This document shows positions 37,344 to 48,703 of a DNA stretch of 64,000 nucleotides, piece after piece. Below the pieces are notes generated by a model. The model was not told the origin of the DNA. It worked only from the letters and a program-made list of their open reading frames with translations, and did not search any database. Position 1 is the stretch's first letter, and each line of letters begins with the position of its first letter. Source of the DNA: an uncultured Rhodospirillaceae bacterium (lineage in GTDB: Bacteria > Pseudomonadota > Alphaproteobacteria > Rhodospirillales > UBA2165); contig CAZXGI010000005.1 in assembly GCA_964639965.1 (NCBI GenBank), positions 314 through 64,313 on the forward strand, read 5' to 3'. The position numbers and the translations under genes are program-made.

Positions 37344-38030
37344 TTATCTAATTTCTCCGCTTCTAGACGGTTCCTTGAGTTCAAAATCTGCTATCACTGT
37401 TTCTCCAGCGAAGGCTCTCTGTCCTGCGACTACTAGAATAGGAACTTGTTTTGGTAAGTATATGTCTACCCTACTACCAAATCTAATAAGGCCAAAACGC
37501 TGGCCAGTTTCGACCATTTCGTCTTCCTTTATATCGCATTTAATTCGTCTGGCAATAAGGCCTGCTATTTGCACGAATGCTATTTCCGTTTTATTTGGTA
37601 GGGTTAGGCGAATGCTTTGACGTTCATTTAATTCACTCGCTTTATCTAGAGAGGCATTAAAAAATTTCCCTGGTCGGTATGATAATTTTGAAATTTCACC
37701 CCCAATTGGGATCCGGTTTACATGAACATCAAAAACGTTCATGAATATTGCTATTCTGTTTAAAGAGTCGTTACCCATTTCTAACTCAGCCGGTGGAATA
37801 GATTCCTCGATAGTTTGAACTAATCCGTCTGCAGGGCTTATCACAAGACCTTCACGTGTTGGAGTGATGCGCTTAGGATCCCGAAAGAAATATGTGCACC
37901 ATGCTGTTATTATTAAACCAATCCAGCTAAATAGTTCGCTAAAATATGCAGCAACGACAGTTATTGCGAAAAATATTGCAATAAATGGCCAGCCAGCGCG
38001 ATTAATCGGAACAAAAATGGACTTTAACAA
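37344..38030 (-). CDS. psd: phosphatidylserine decarboxylase (short alphaproteobacterial type)
   Basis: 228 aa. The self-cleavage region is RFGSRVDIYLP. It is directly abutting and co-oriented with pssA. Confidence 0.85.
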   Translation of the reverse strand: MLKSIFVPINRAGWPFIAIFFAITVVAAYFSELFSWIGLIITAWCTYFFRDPKRITPTREGLVISPADGLVQTIEESIPPAELEMGNDSLNRIAIFMNVFDVHVNRIPIGGEISKLSYRPGKFFNASLDKASELNERQSIRLTLPNKTEIAFVQIAGLIARRIKCDIKEDEMVETGQRFGLIRFGSRVDIYLPKQVPILVVAGQRAFAGETVIADFELKEPSRSGEIR

Positions 38031-38346
38031 ATTATAACCCTTAAATTTTTTCAGTTTAACTACTTAAAAGTAATATTCATTGGAGTATTTTTGATGGTTT
38101 GTGATTCGAAAAGTTTATCAATATTCAAATTTTTTATGTTGTAGCCGGGAATTACAGCCCTCGTCAAACAATGGATTATTTTGGATTTGTTAATATTTTG
38201 GTTCATGGCATAATATGATTCTCACTTAGTAAACTAATCAATACCTAAAATAAGAAAATTTGTTTAAAAGCGGATCCACGTTGCAACTTTTTTTGTTCGT
38301 TTCAGAACTAACAAACAAATTTCGTATTATACGAATTATGTGGATT

Positions 38347-39363
38347 TCAGTTTTTCGGTGGGAGCGAGAAAACTTGGCCTGGGAAGATCATATCAGGATC
38401 CTTAATTTGATCCTTGTTAGCTTCGTAAATAACCGTGTACCTTATCCCTGCGCCGTAAACTCTTCTTGCTATTCGCCATAAGCTACGACCAGATTCTACT
38501 ACAATTAACGTTCCTGGTTTTATTCCCGTGAGAGGTGTGGACCTAGAAAATACCACTTCTACCCTCGATTTGACACGTCCATTTTTATCAACATGATCTG
38601 CACGAACAGTATATTTCCCTTGTTCTATTTTCTGCTTTGGAGTTTGATTCCATAACCCTCGATAATTTGTGACACTGCTCCCAATAAATTTTTCGTTAAG
38701 GTAAAGGTTAATGATAGAATTAGCAGGAGCTTTGCCTGTTACATCTAACTTGCCGAGGTCATCGTAATCGACCGAGTCTATAGTGACCGCCGTGGATGAT
38801 TTTGTACTTGGCTTTTGCAGAACTTCTATATGATTCTCTGGATCCTTAGGAATTTTTATTGCTAATGGCTGTTCCGGTTGATTTGTTTCTAACCCACTAA
38901 TATTCTTACCTTTTTCCGGCACAACTATGATTAAATCAGCAGTCGATACTTTAATTAATCCTTCTGGACTTGTCATTTTTAACGAAAGCTTCCGGGTTCC
39001 AGCTGTTAGAGGTGATATAGGCACAAATACCCACTCACCACGTTTATCGGCAAAAACCTCACCAATTTTTTCCCCTTGGTCAAAAATTTCAACTTTGGAT
39101 CCTGGAATGGCCCGTCCTGCCATGACAGAATCTCCTCCTGAAGTGACTCGAACAATATCAAAACTTGGTACAACAGTTTGATCGACTTCTGCTTCGTCTT
39201 TTTTTGATACGGCAACTTTGGAATTTGTCTTCAGTTCAGCTTTTTTTTGAGTTGGCGTTTCAGTTGTTAAAACGTTTTGGGGCTTTTCCAATATAAAGTT
39301 CAGTAAAATAGCAAAAATAACGCAAGCGACACCGATCGTAGCCAAAATAACTGATTTACTCAC
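38347..39363 (-). CDS. membrane-anchored LysM peptidoglycan-binding protein with two Ig-like repeats
   Basis: 338 aa with an N-terminal TM segment. Repeated G.A.PGS.V.I......G....D..G.W modules and a C-terminal LysM domain (SLWRIARRVYGAGIRYTVIYEANKDQIKDPDMIFPGQVFSLP). Confidence 0.8.
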   Translation of the reverse strand: MSKSVILATIGVACVIFAILLNFILEKPQNVLTTETPTQKKAELKTNSKVAVSKKDEAEVDQTVVPSFDIVRVTSGGDSVMAGRAIPGSKVEIFDQGEKIGEVFADKRGEWVFVPISPLTAGTRKLSLKMTSPEGLIKVSTADLIIVVPEKGKNISGLETNQPEQPLAIKIPKDPENHIEVLQKPSTKSSTAVTIDSVDYDDLGKLDVTGKAPANSIINLYLNEKFIGSSVTNYRGLWNQTPKQKIEQGKYTVRADHVDKNGRVKSRVEVVFSRSTPLTGIKPGTLIVVESGRSLWRIARRVYGAGIRYTVIYEANKDQIKDPDMIFPGQVFSLPPKN

Positions 39364-39437
39364 TTTTTATGTTTCCCTCCAATTAAGATTAGTAATTTGA
39401 TTAAGAATAATGTCAGGCCAGTGCATTGGCAATCCCG

Positions 39438-40295
39438 TCACTCCTGATTAATTGGGAATTCGATGGCGATCAAGGTAACTACTATGGCCAAGCTAAGAGG
39501 AAATAAGGTTAAAACTGCTAATTTTATAGAAGTTGGAATTGACCAGATTAGTTTTATATTCTTATGTACATATTGACAGGCGTAATCAGTGTAAAAGGCA
39601 AAGCCTAAGATGATAAATGCAGGGATTAGAGGAGGCATTTGTTCAATTAATCGTATGGCTATCATATATAAACTACCACCTCCTGCTAAAAGGATACCAT
39701 AACCGAAGTTAAGTCGCGACTTTGGCCAGGTACATACGTAAAATCCAGTCAATATAGCAAAAAGCCCAAAAGAAAGATCGCGGTCAACTGCAATACCGCT
39801 GATCCAAGCTATAGCCCCTGATCCTGCAGACGCTATTATCAAAAGGAATATACTAATACTTGCGCCAAATTCTTTGTTTGTGGCAACACGCTGAAGGCCA
39901 CCAGCAATAACACACCAGCCAAGAAGAATGGGTAGAAACCAGAAATCAATGCCTCCTCGAAACCAGCAGGCGATACCGATTCCACTAATAAAAATAACTA
40001 AAATAGGTACAGGGAATTTTCTTTCTTTGACAAAGTTAAAATCAAGTATGGCTCCGATCGCTAGTAAGCAGACCGTTGCTGAGAGGATACCACTGCTGTT
40101 AAATTCGGGTGGAAAATCTGGTGTGCCGAGGATAAATGCGCAAAACCAGGAAAAACTGATTCCAACAGATGCATTAGCCATGAAAAAACCCGATTTTTTT
40201 CGATCAATAAGATAAAGAAAGCCTGTGAGAATGATGGTTGCAATGAAAGATAGAGCCAAGGCCTGAATTATTAAAGTGTCTAAGAGTAAGGGCAT
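39438..40295 (-). CDS. polytopic inner-membrane protein, family not recognised
   Basis: 285 aa with about 8-9 hydrophobic segments and no recognisable catalytic motif. Confidence 0.5.
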   Translation of the reverse strand: MPLLLDTLIIQALALSFIATIILTGFLYLIDRKKSGFFMANASVGISFSWFCAFILGTPDFPPEFNSSGILSATVCLLAIGAILDFNFVKERKFPVPILVIFISGIGIACWFRGGIDFWFLPILLGWCVIAGGLQRVATNKEFGASISIFLLIIASAGSGAIAWISGIAVDRDLSFGLFAILTGFYVCTWPKSRLNFGYGILLAGGGSLYMIAIRLIEQMPPLIPAFIILGFAFYTDYACQYVHKNIKLIWSIPTSIKLAVLTLFPLSLAIVVTLIAIEFPINQE

Positions 40296-40570
40296 GTAAC
40301 AAGCCTAAAATGATCTAAAAATAAGCAGGGGAGATATTTAAATCTCTTTTGCTCATATTTAACTTGATTACAGCAATTATTAAACCAAAAGGTTTCAGGT
40401 TTATTTATTTTTTAAACAATATTTCGTAATTTGTTATTGCATAACGAGTATTTAACAAGATACTGGTTGATAATATCATCATTAGCATGAGACGTCTGAT
40501 ATATCCTAATTGGGGGAATCAAGGAACAATTTATAAATTATTTCAAAATTTTTTTTAATGTTATACGAGA

Positions 40571-41167
40571 GTGAATCAAAATTTGAAAAATATAAAAGCG
40601 ATTACCGTCTATTGTGGATCCAAATCGGGCAAAAAAAAGGCTTATGCTGAAATAGCCCAGGAACTCGGTGGTGAAATTGCAAAAAGAGGTATCCAGCTAG
40701 TTTTTGGGGGCGGTCGGATTGGTTTGATGGGAGATGTTGCTAACCAGGTTTTGGCTAACGGTGGAAGAGTAACAGGGGTCATACCGCATTTTCTTGATGA
40801 TCTTGAGGTAGCTCATACTGGTGTAACCGAATTAATTACCGTTAATAGTATGCATGAGCGCAAGCATATAATGTACGACAAGTCTGACGCCTTTGTCATT
40901 TTGCCAGGAGGGTTTGGCACTTTGGACGAATGCATGGAAATATTGACGTGGAAGCAACTTCAGATCCATGCTTTCCCAGTTATTATTTTGGATATAGATG
41001 GTTATTGGCAATCACTTAGGATGCTTTTTAATGATATTGTTAATGGTGGTTTTGCTCATCCAAAATCGTTAGACTTATTTACGATAGTTGACAGTGTTAA
41101 TGGTGTTTTTGAGGCCATCTCCGAGGCTCCAGAACCAGACCCTATCGTTTTGGATAGTCATTTTTAG
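40571..41167 (+). CDS. LOG-family (TIGR00730) nucleotide 5'-monophosphate nucleosidase (formerly annotated as lysine decarboxylase-like)
   Basis: 198 aa with a GTG start. Contains FGGGRIGLMG and the signature PGGFGTLDE. Confidence 0.85.
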   Translation: MNQNLKNIKAITVYCGSKSGKKKAYAEIAQELGGEIAKRGIQLVFGGGRIGLMGDVANQVLANGGRVTGVIPHFLDDLEVAHTGVTELITVNSMHERKHIMYDKSDAFVILPGGFGTLDECMEILTWKQLQIHAFPVIILDIDGYWQSLRMLFNDIVNGGFAHPKSLDLFTIVDSVNGVFEAISEAPEPDPIVLDSHF

Positions 41168-41225
41168 TATTCCACCTTATCCAGTCATGTCTTTTCACAA
41201 ATAATGCGAAATTTTTTCATTGTTG

Positions 41226-41253
41226 ATCCTCCCAGAAACGCATCCGGGAGGAT
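41226..41253. terminator. hairpin between convergent LOG and icd genes (candidate bidirectional terminator)
   Basis: ATCCTCCC (41226-41233) pairs with GGGAGGAT (41246-41253) across a 12-nt loop. No strong U-tract follows on either strand. Confidence 0.35.
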
Positions 41254-41287
41254 TTAAAGGTAAGGCTATACTAAAAATTAGCCTAGG

Positions 41288-43525
41288 CTATCCAACAATT
41301 TTGTTAAAGGTTTTGCTTGGGCGCATCGCAGCATTAATATTATCTTGCGGGGCGTGATAGTAACCACCTAGATTAACGGGGTTTCCTTGCGAAGCTGTTA
41401 ACTCGTCCACAATTTTCAATTCATTAGAGACAAGTTGTTCGGCAATTTTGCTGAAATACGCCTTCAAATCTAAATTTTCATTTTGAGCAGCAAGTGCTTG
41501 AGCCCAATATTGGGCTATATAGAAATGGCTGCCTCGATTGTCAATTTCGCCAACTTTTCGGCTAGGGGACCTATTTTTATCCAAAACTTGCCCAATTGCC
41601 TGGTCAAGGGTTTTTGCTAATACGAGTGCTTTAGCGTTGTTCTTTTTTTCACTGAGGAACTCAAGTGAAGCTCCTAAAGCGCAGAATTCCCCCAATGAAT
41701 CCCAACGCAGATGCCCTTCTTCGGTAAACTGCTGAACGTGCTTAGGGGCAGATCCACCGGCGCCCGTTTCAAAAAGTCCCCCGCCATTTAAGAGGGGAAC
41801 AATTGAAAGCATTTTTGCGCTGGTTCCAACTTCTAAAATTGGGAATAGGTCGGTGAGATAATCCCGCAACACGTTACCAGTGATAGAAATGGTATCTTGG
41901 CCGTTTTTCAATCGTTTCAGAGTAAACCGCGTAGCATCTATCAGCGACATGACCCGTATATCAACACTATTAGAGGCATACTTAGGCAGACATTTATCAA
42001 CTTTCTTGATCAATTCGGCATCGTGAGCACGGTTTTTATTTAGCCAGAAAATGGCCGGCACGCTAGTTTTACTCGCACGGTCAACCCCGAGTTTAATCCA
42101 GTTCTGGATGGCAGAATCTTCAGTTTGGCTCATCCGCCAAATATCATTTTCTTCAACGTTATGCTTGATAAGTACGGTTCCACCTGCGTCAACAACCCGA
42201 ATTATTCCATTTCCTGGCACTTTAAATGTTTGCGGGTGTGACCCATATTCTTCGGCTTTTCTTGCCATTAGACCAACGTTTGATACGCTACCCATTTCTG
42301 ATGGATTAAACGCGCCATGTTTTTTACAAAAATTGATTACTTCACCGTATATTCCAGCGTAGCTGCTATCTGGGATAACACATTTTGTGTCATGTTCTTT
42401 TCCATCGGCCCCCCAAGCTTTGCCACCAGCTCGAATAAGAGCGGGTAAAGACGCGTCAATGATAACATCACTGGGAACATGGAGGTTAGAAATACCGCGA
42501 TCTGAATTTACCATGTAGAGGTCTGGTTGTTCCTTCATACACATGTCAATATCGGCCTCAATGGCTAATCTTTGGTCAGTTGGGAGTGTTCGTAGTTTAT
42601 TAAGAAGATCGCCAATTCCTAGGTCAGGATCAACTGAAAGTTTGGCAAAAATTTTTGCGTGCTTTTCAAACACATCACTTAAGTATGCGGAAACGGCATG
42701 GCCAAAGATGATGGGATCCGATATCTTCATCATTGTCGCTTTGATGTGAAGAGAAAAGAGTGTGCCTCGTTCTTTTGCGTCTCTAATTTCTGAATCAAAG
42801 AATGACCTGAGTGTTTTAGCACTCATCATCGTTCCATCAATGATATCCCCTTCTTCAATTAGATGGTCCTCTTTTAATATTGTTGATCCGCCATTGATTT
42901 CAACAAACTCGATTTTTGCATTACCAGCAGAAGCACTCGAAACTGTAACGGATTTTTCATTTGAGCAGAAATCTCCACTGCTCATCGTTGATACATGGGT
43001 TTCGGAGTCGGATGCCCAAACGCCCATGCTGTGTGGATTCTTTTTTGCGAACTCTTTAACTGCTTTTGGCGCGCGCCTATCAGAGTTTCCTTCTCGGAGA
43101 ACAGGGTTTACCGCGCTGCCAAGTATCTTTCCATAGGTTTCTTTGGTGGTTTTTTCTTCATCACTTAACGGGTGTACTGGATATGACGGAATATTGTAGC
43201 CTTGACCTTGTAACTCGGCAATGGCGATGCTGAGCTGAGGGACAGAAGCGCTAATATTCGGTAGTTTAATTATGTTTGCGGTAGGATCTTTGACCAATTC
43301 GCCAAGTATTGCTAGATCGTCACTCTGTTTCTGTTCATCTGATAGTTTTTCGGGGAAATTTGCTATAATCCGCCCAGCTAAAGAAATATCCATAGTGCCA
43401 AATGCAATACCGGCAGGTTTAGCAAAAAACTTAACAATTGGTAAGAATGACCCGCTGGCCAGTTCAGGTGCTTCGTCTACCTTGGTGTAGATAATATCTG
43501 GCTTTTTAGAGGATTGGTCCTTCAT
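41288..43525 (-). CDS. icd: NADP-dependent isocitrate dehydrogenase, monomeric type
   Basis: 745 aa in a single chain. The N-terminus ...[21 protein letters not shown]... and overall length are characteristic of monomeric IDH. Confidence 0.9.
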   Translation of the reverse strand: MKDQSSKKPDIIYTKVDEAPELASGSFLPIVKFFAKPAGIAFGTMDISLAGRIIANFPEKLSDEQKQSDDLAILGELVKDPTANIIKLPNISASVPQLSIAIAELQGQGYNIPSYPVHPLSDEEKTTKETYGKILGSAVNPVLREGNSDRRAPKAVKEFAKKNPHSMGVWASDSETHVSTMSSGDFCSNEKSVTVSSASAGNAKIEFVEINGGSTILKEDHLIEEGDIIDGTMMSAKTLRSFFDSEIRDAKERGTLFSLHIKATMMKISDPIIFGHAVSAYLSDVFEKHAKIFAKLSVDPDLGIGDLLNKLRTLPTDQRLAIEADIDMCMKEQPDLYMVNSDRGISNLHVPSDVIIDASLPALIRAGGKAWGADGKEHDTKCVIPDSSYAGIYGEVINFCKKHGAFNPSEMGSVSNVGLMARKAEEYGSHPQTFKVPGNGIIRVVDAGGTVLIKHNVEENDIWRMSQTEDSAIQNWIKLGVDRASKTSVPAIFWLNKNRAHDAELIKKVDKCLPKYASNSVDIRVMSLIDATRFTLKRLKNGQDTISITGNVLRDYLTDLFPILEVGTSAKMLSIVPLLNGGGLFETGAGGSAPKHVQQFTEEGHLRWDSLGEFCALGASLEFLSEKKNNAKALVLAKTLDQAIGQVLDKNRSPSRKVGEIDNRGSHFYIAQYWAQALAAQNENLDLKAYFSKIAEQLVSNELKIVDELTASQGNPVNLGGYYHAPQDNINAAMRPSKTFNKIVG

Positions 43526-43782
43526 CGTAACTATTAACTCCTAAATTTCTCAACTAAAAGTTTTCTATTTTTGGCTGGCCGATTTAACATTTGATAATTT
43601 TATTCGTACGCATAAAGTAAAACAATTCCAGTAATACAACTATTTCAAAAAAAAGATATTTTGCCAGTCAAAGTCTTTCTTTGAGGTTAGAATTCAAGTA
43701 CGAGGTTAATATTTATTTTCTAATGTATTCAATTTAAATATTCATTAAAGGGTCGTTATTATACGCTATGGTTTCAAATAGC

Positions 43783-43811
43783 TTGACTATCTTAAATTTG
43801 GGCCCTAAAAA
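43783..43811 (+). promoter_or_regulatory. sigma-70-like promoter candidate for rpmB
   Basis: TTGACT (43783-43788), a 17-nt spacer, then TAAAAA (43806-43811), about 65 nt upstream of the rpmB ATG. Confidence 0.3.
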
Positions 43812-43876
43812 TCCGCTCCAGTTCTAGTTGAGTATTTTGCCTTATTTATTTGAGGATGTTATAAAGGATTTTACCC

Positions 43877-44179
43877 ATGGCGCGTCGTTGTGATGTTACG
43901 GGAAAAGGTGTCCAGACAGGAAATAATGTCAGTCATGCGCATAATAAAACGCGACGTCGCTATTTGCCGAACGTGCAGAAAATGACTTTGTTTTCGGGTG
44001 CGATCGGTAAGGTTACGATAAAAATTACTGCAGATGCGCTGCGTTCTATTGAACATAAGGGGGGTATTGATTCGTATTTGCTTAATACCAGTAATTTAAA
44101 GCTAGCTCCAGAAGCAGTAAAGTTGAAAAAAAGAATTAAAAAAGCTATTGCGAGAAAAACAGCGTCAAAAGCGGCCTGA
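43877..44179 (+). CDS. rpmB: 50S ribosomal protein L28
   Basis: 100 aa. MARRCDVTGKGVQTGNNVSHAHNKTRRRYLPNVQ. Confidence 0.95.
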   Translation: MARRCDVTGKGVQTGNNVSHAHNKTRRRYLPNVQKMTLFSGAIGKVTIKITADALRSIEHKGGIDSYLLNTSNLKLAPEAVKLKKRIKKAIARKTASKAA

Positions 44180-44202
44180 ATATAATTAATAAAAATTTGT
44201 TG

Positions 44203-44229
44203 AACCCACTATTTAGCGGGTTTTTTTTG
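44203..44229. terminator. rho-independent terminator after rpmB (shared with convergent cobT)
   Basis: AACCCAC-TATTTA-GCGGGTT is a 7-bp stem with one mismatch, followed by T8 (44221-44228). Confidence 0.6.
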
Positions 44230-44283
44230 TTAAATGCTGAAATTTAGTTCTAATTATTAAAAATTATGATAACTTAAATAGGG

Positions 44284-46140
44284 TTAGTGCGGAGGTTTGT
44301 TTTTTTTATTATACTTTAATTTTTCATCAAATAGTTCGGTTAAATTTTGCATCATCGTGCCACCTAACTCTTCTGCATCATTAATTGTTACTGCTCGGCG
44401 ATAATAACGTGTAACATCATGGCCAATACCAATAGCGGTTAGTTCAATAGGTGTATAATTCTCAATATACTCAATAACGTCTCTTAAATGCCTTTCAAGG
44501 TAATTGCCGGGATTAACCGATAGTGTTGCATCGTCGACTGGAGCGCCATCTGATATCACCATTAAAATGCGGCGCTGTTCTGGTCGACCAATAAGCCTAT
44601 TATAAGCCCATAGCAGAGCCTCTCCATCTATATTTTCCTTGAGGAGACCTTCACGAAGCATTAGCCCTAGGTTCTTTCGTGATCGCCGCCAAGGAGCATC
44701 AGCTCCTTTATAAATGATATGGCGAAGATCATTTAGTCGCCCAGGTTTAGCTGGTTTGTTAGCTGTAACCCAGTCTTCCCGTGATTGACCTCCTTTCCAG
44801 GCACGTGTTGTGAAACCAAGAACTTCAGCTTTTACGGCACAGCGTTCCAGAGTCCTTGAAATTATATCAGCACTCATTGCTGCAACAGAAATTGGGCGTC
44901 CTCTCATGGATCCTGAATTGTCAATTAACAGTGTAACAACGGTATCTCTAAAGTTTGATTCATTCTCAACTTTATAGGAAAGAGGGTGCTGAGGGTCTGT
45001 TACAACCCGAGCTAAGCGGCCCGCATCTAAGATACCTTCCTCAAGATCAAATTCCCACCAGCGTTGTTGCTGTGCCATCAATTTACGTTGTAGGCGATTG
45101 GCTAGGCGGGAAACGACACCTTGCATATGCGATAGTTGCTGATCTAATTGGATCCGAAGCCGAGTTAGTTCTTCCGGTTCACATAATTCCTCCGCTGAAA
45201 TAATCTCGTCGTACGTTGTTGAAAATGTCCGATAGCTATTAACCTTACTTTGGTTAAATTCAGGGTTTTGGGGTTGCCCATGCATTGCTGAGGAAGGATC
45301 TTCTTCAGCTTCCTCTCCCTCATCGCCCATATCCTCTATGTCTTCTAATGTATCAGGGTCAAGACCCTCAAAGTCCATGTCTTCGCTTTCACTGTCTTGA
45401 TTTTGGCTATCTTGTTCAAGGTCCGAGTTTTCTGACTGTTCTTCATCATTTGAGATTTCTTGGTCTTCATCATGGCCTTGTTCACCTTCACCTTCAGATT
45501 CTGAAGGAAGTTCAAGGTCTTCCAAAATATCTCTGATGGTTTTGCCAAACTCCTCCTGATCATGAAGAAGATTTTTTAGCTCTTTGATTTTATTCCCGGC
45601 TTTGTCTTCAATCCAAGACCGCCAAGTGTTAATGAGTGGTTCTGCTGATTCTGGTGAGGGTTTCCCTGTTAGTCTTTCGCGTAATAAAAATCCAACGGCA
45701 TCTGCAATTTGAGATTCGTCTCGTTCTGTTACTAGATGGTAACCTTTATCCCTGCAGCGGCTCTCATGATATTCGTCTAAGTTGGAAGCAACTCCTGCAA
45801 GTACCCGTGAACCAAGTGTCTCGACACGGGCTTGTTCTGCGATTTCGAACAGTTCAGCACTATTTCCGCCGATTGGTCGTTGACGGCGAAAAGTTTTTGC
45901 GTCGTTATAGCGCAGCCTGAGGGCTATAGCATCTGCTTCACCACGAAGAACACCTAAATCTTCCTCTCCAAAGGTTCGCACTGGTGTTGGCAAGTGGGCT
46001 TGGCAGCCTTCCTCCGTTTGAGTTATACCATGAGCTCCTGGCGCAAATGCCACAGTAACGTTATCGCGGGCAGCAACCGCTTTAACAGCAGCTTCAGTTA
46101 CACGTTTTATAAGATCCTGTGTATTCTGATTTGCGGTCAT
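44284..46140 (-). CDS. cobT: CobT-type vWA-domain protein (aerobic cobaltochelatase subunit CobT homologue)
   Basis: 618 aa. A central poly-acidic linker ([15 protein letters not shown]...[14 protein letters not shown]) and a C-terminal vWA domain with the MIDAS-like LLIDNSGSM. Confidence 0.85.
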   Translation of the reverse strand: MTANQNTQDLIKRVTEAAVKAVAARDNVTVAFAPGAHGITQTEEGCQAHLPTPVRTFGEEDLGVLRGEADAIALRLRYNDAKTFRRQRPIGGNSAELFEIAEQARVETLGSRVLAGVASNLDEYHESRCRDKGYHLVTERDESQIADAVGFLLRERLTGKPSPESAEPLINTWRSWIEDKAGNKIKELKNLLHDQEEFGKTIRDILEDLELPSESEGEGEQGHDEDQEISNDEEQSENSDLEQDSQNQDSESEDMDFEGLDPDTLEDIEDMGDEGEEAEEDPSSAMHGQPQNPEFNQSKVNSYRTFSTTYDEIISAEELCEPEELTRLRIQLDQQLSHMQGVVSRLANRLQRKLMAQQQRWWEFDLEEGILDAGRLARVVTDPQHPLSYKVENESNFRDTVVTLLIDNSGSMRGRPISVAAMSADIISRTLERCAVKAEVLGFTTRAWKGGQSREDWVTANKPAKPGRLNDLRHIIYKGADAPWRRSRKNLGLMLREGLLKENIDGEALLWAYNRLIGRPEQRRILMVISDGAPVDDATLSVNPGNYLERHLRDVIEYIENYTPIELTAIGIGHDVTRYYRRAVTINDAEELGGTMMQNLTELFDEKLKYNKKNKPPH

Positions 46141-46164
46141 AAAGAATCCTTTGATGTTTAAAAT

Positions 46165-47166
46165 CTAAGAAAGAGTTACGTTTGCCGCCGATTCAGGTAA
46201 TTCCTCACCGAAACAACGCTGGTAATATTCAGCGATTATTGGACGTTCGATTTCGTCACATTTGTTTAAAAACGTTAAACGAAAGGCGAAGCCTATGTCA
46301 CCAAAGATTTGCGCATTTTCTCCCCAAATTATGACAGTCCGAGGAGACATGACGGTAGAGATATCACCATTTATGAAGCCGGATCGCGTTAGATCTGCAA
46401 GTTCCACCATCTTTTTGACAGTGTCTTGACCTTCGGAATTATCATAGGCTGGAACTTTGGCAAGTATAATTGCTTCTTCGGCATCATGTTCTAGATAATT
46501 CAGGGTGGTTACAATATTCCAACGGTCCATTTGTCCTTGGTTAATCTGCTGGGTACCGTGATATAAGCCCGTAGTGTCCCCGAGGCCAACGGTATTTGAT
46601 GTTGCAAAAAGACGGAAAAAGGAATGCGGTTTGATTACTTTGCTTTGGTCTAGTAAAGTTAATTTTCCTTCAACTTCGAGCACTCGCTGGATGACAAACA
46701 TAACATCTGGGCGTCCGGCATCGTATTCGTCAAATACTAAGGCAGCTGGATTTTGTAAACACCAGGGTAGAATGCCTTCTTTAAATTCGGTAACTTGGTT
46801 GCCATCTTTTATAACGATGGCGTCTTTTCCTATCAAATCTATTCGACTGATATGGCTATCTAGATTAACACGGATGCAAGGCCAGTTCATTCTGGCAGCA
46901 ACCTGCTCGATATGGGTAGATTTGCCGGTACCGTGATATCCTTGGATCATTACGCGGCGGTTATGAGAGAATCCAGCCAGAATTGCTAATGTTGTATCAT
47001 GATCAAACTGATATGTCTCGTCGACGACTGGTACGTACTCATTGCCTTTGCTAAATGCAGGTGCTTCCATGTCCGTCTCAATGCCAAATACTTGGCGTGC
47101 TGAAATAGATATGTCTGGTGCATCAAGCGGGAATACTCCCGCAACATTTAAATTGGTATCGTTCAT
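46165..47166 (-). CDS. cobS: CobS-type MoxR-like AAA+ ATPase (aerobic cobaltochelatase subunit CobS homologue)
   Basis: 333 aa. Walker [10 protein letters not shown] and Walker B ALVFDEYD. It lies immediately upstream of cobT. Confidence 0.85.
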   Translation of the reverse strand: MNDTNLNVAGVFPLDAPDISISARQVFGIETDMEAPAFSKGNEYVPVVDETYQFDHDTTLAILAGFSHNRRVMIQGYHGTGKSTHIEQVAARMNWPCIRVNLDSHISRIDLIGKDAIVIKDGNQVTEFKEGILPWCLQNPAALVFDEYDAGRPDVMFVIQRVLEVEGKLTLLDQSKVIKPHSFFRLFATSNTVGLGDTTGLYHGTQQINQGQMDRWNIVTTLNYLEHDAEEAIILAKVPAYDNSEGQDTVKKMVELADLTRSGFINGDISTVMSPRTVIIWGENAQIFGDIGFAFRLTFLNKCDEIERPIIAEYYQRCFGEELPESAANVTLS

Positions 47167-47228
47167 TTTATTTATTTCCGGTTGTTAGGTGTAAAATAGC
47201 CCAGACCTAAGGTCTAAATTTATTTGTG

Positions 47229-47855
47229 TTAATTATCTTTTAGTCGTCTCATGATTAATTCATAGGCCTCATTAATCTGTTTAAACCTTTCTTCTAACAT
47301 CTTGTTTCCGCCGGTACTATCTGGATGATATTTTTTAACCAGCAATTTATAACGTGCTTTGATCTCTGAGGTTTTCATTAAAATATCAAAACCTAATATT
47401 GCGAGAGCTTTTTTCTCTTTTGGAGAAAGGGAATTTATAGCAACCTGTAGGGGAGGCCTTTTGAGAGCTTTCCCTTCGGAAAAAAAACTAAACGGGTCGT
47501 TATGATTTGCATAATCCATTCCAAAACGTTCAAAACCAACATTTGTATCGTCGTTATTCAGTACCCCACGTCTTTGGCTTTCGCCCAATGGCCAAGTTGG
47601 TCTATTCCACGTCGTGTCCGAACGGACTAAAGCATCAACTTCCTCATCGGACATGTCTTCATAATAGTTCCACGAGCTGTTGTAAATGCGAACATGCTCT
47701 AGGCAAAACCAACAATACTCACGGATCCTCTTTTTTGATTTTGGTGCGCGGTGTATTCCCTCTAATCTGCAGCTTGGCCAATCACAAGAACGGAAGCTAG
47801 GTTTTGAGAAATTTTCAGTTTCCAGAACATATTTTTTTTCGATATTTTCTACCAT
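47229..47855 (-). CDS. J-domain protein with N-terminal Cys-rich region
   Basis: 208 aa. The C-terminal J domain reads EIKARYKLLVKKYHPDSTGG...FKQINEAYELI with the HPD tripeptide. The N-terminus reads CDWPSC...CWFCLEH. Confidence 0.8.
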   Translation of the reverse strand: MVENIEKKYVLETENFSKPSFRSCDWPSCRLEGIHRAPKSKKRIREYCWFCLEHVRIYNSSWNYYEDMSDEEVDALVRSDTTWNRPTWPLGESQRRGVLNNDDTNVGFERFGMDYANHNDPFSFFSEGKALKRPPLQVAINSLSPKEKKALAILGFDILMKTSEIKARYKLLVKKYHPDSTGGNKMLEERFKQINEAYELIMRRLKDN

Positions 47856-48003
47856 AATATTAATATGGTGGCTTTTTTATTAGCTGACAAGTGACTGGGG
47901 CGAAATAATTAACAAGTAAATTCTGCTTTAAAGTCTATTATATATTTTCAAGTTAGAGCGTAGCAGGGTCAATATTATAATTAAAATATCAATGATCTTG
48001 TGC

Positions 48004-48582
48004 CTATTTATGGTTATCATTTTCTTTACAGAATTCGGGCCAAAGTCGTTTGACATTTGCGCCATTAGCATCAAAGGCATGGCAGGTATCTATCAATGCC
48101 GGACGTTTATTTTTTTCCTTGTAACTGTTGTTAGTACCTTTTTTTTCTCGCTCCTGTCGTGGAATTATTGCCTGATAGGCAGTAGTGGCAAGCGGGCCAG
48201 TAAGTAATTGATTGATATGGGTACAACCTTTTATACCACCTAAAGTATTTTTAACGTTTCGTCCCCATCCGGTAGTAATTTTTAGCCCCTTGAGACCGGC
48301 AATGCGGTCGTTGACAATGGGGCAAATATTAAAGGGTGCTGACTCCGTTATTGCTTCCGCTTTATGAACTACAAGATCTGTATCAATAGTTAAACGAACA
48401 AGCATATCATGGACGGGGGTTCCTGCGCTTACTTCGCCACGATCTAAATTAGCAAAGCTATATGTTTTTGTGTCAGTTATTCGACCTTCGATATCCCAAA
48501 GGCCATCTTCTCGTTCATATCCCATGCATCGAATTTTGCGAGTATGAATCAATTTTCTTTTCACCGGCTTTGATAATGGCAT
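48004..48582 (-). CDS. DUF2889-like protein
   Basis: 192 aa. Contains ...VHDMLVRLTID...GGIKGCTHINQLL..., a pattern I recall for DUF2889. Recalled from memory only. Confidence 0.45.
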   Translation of the reverse strand: MPLSKPVKRKLIHTRKIRCMGYEREDGLWDIEGRITDTKTYSFANLDRGEVSAGTPVHDMLVRLTIDTDLVVHKAEAITESAPFNICPIVNDRIAGLKGLKITTGWGRNVKNTLGGIKGCTHINQLLTGPLATTAYQAIIPRQEREKKGTNNSYKEKNKRPALIDTCHAFDANGANVKRLWPEFCKENDNHK

Positions 48583-48703
48583 ATTTATTCTCCGGAAAAT
48601 AAGTTAGCTAAATCGTAACATAGCTTAGAATTCTTAGGTTAATAATAGTTTTCGGTCAAATGGGAGTTGATCAAAATGTTAATTTCAAAGATAGATTTAG
48701 GAG

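Noticed and set aside
38321-38335. 15-bp palindrome TTCGTATTATACGAA after the LysM gene
   Set aside because: It cannot form a stable RNA hairpin because of its 1-nt loop, and it is not followed by a U-tract. It is an isolated occurrence with no interpretable context.
41538-43490. Series of + strand ORFs (65-124 aa) across the icd locus
   Set aside because: All are antisense shadows of the 745-aa monomeric isocitrate dehydrogenase gene.
45285-45563. Low-complexity GA-rich stretch and overlapping ORFs inside cobT
   Set aside because: It encodes the poly-acidic linker characteristic of CobT proteins. It is not a mobile or structural repeat.
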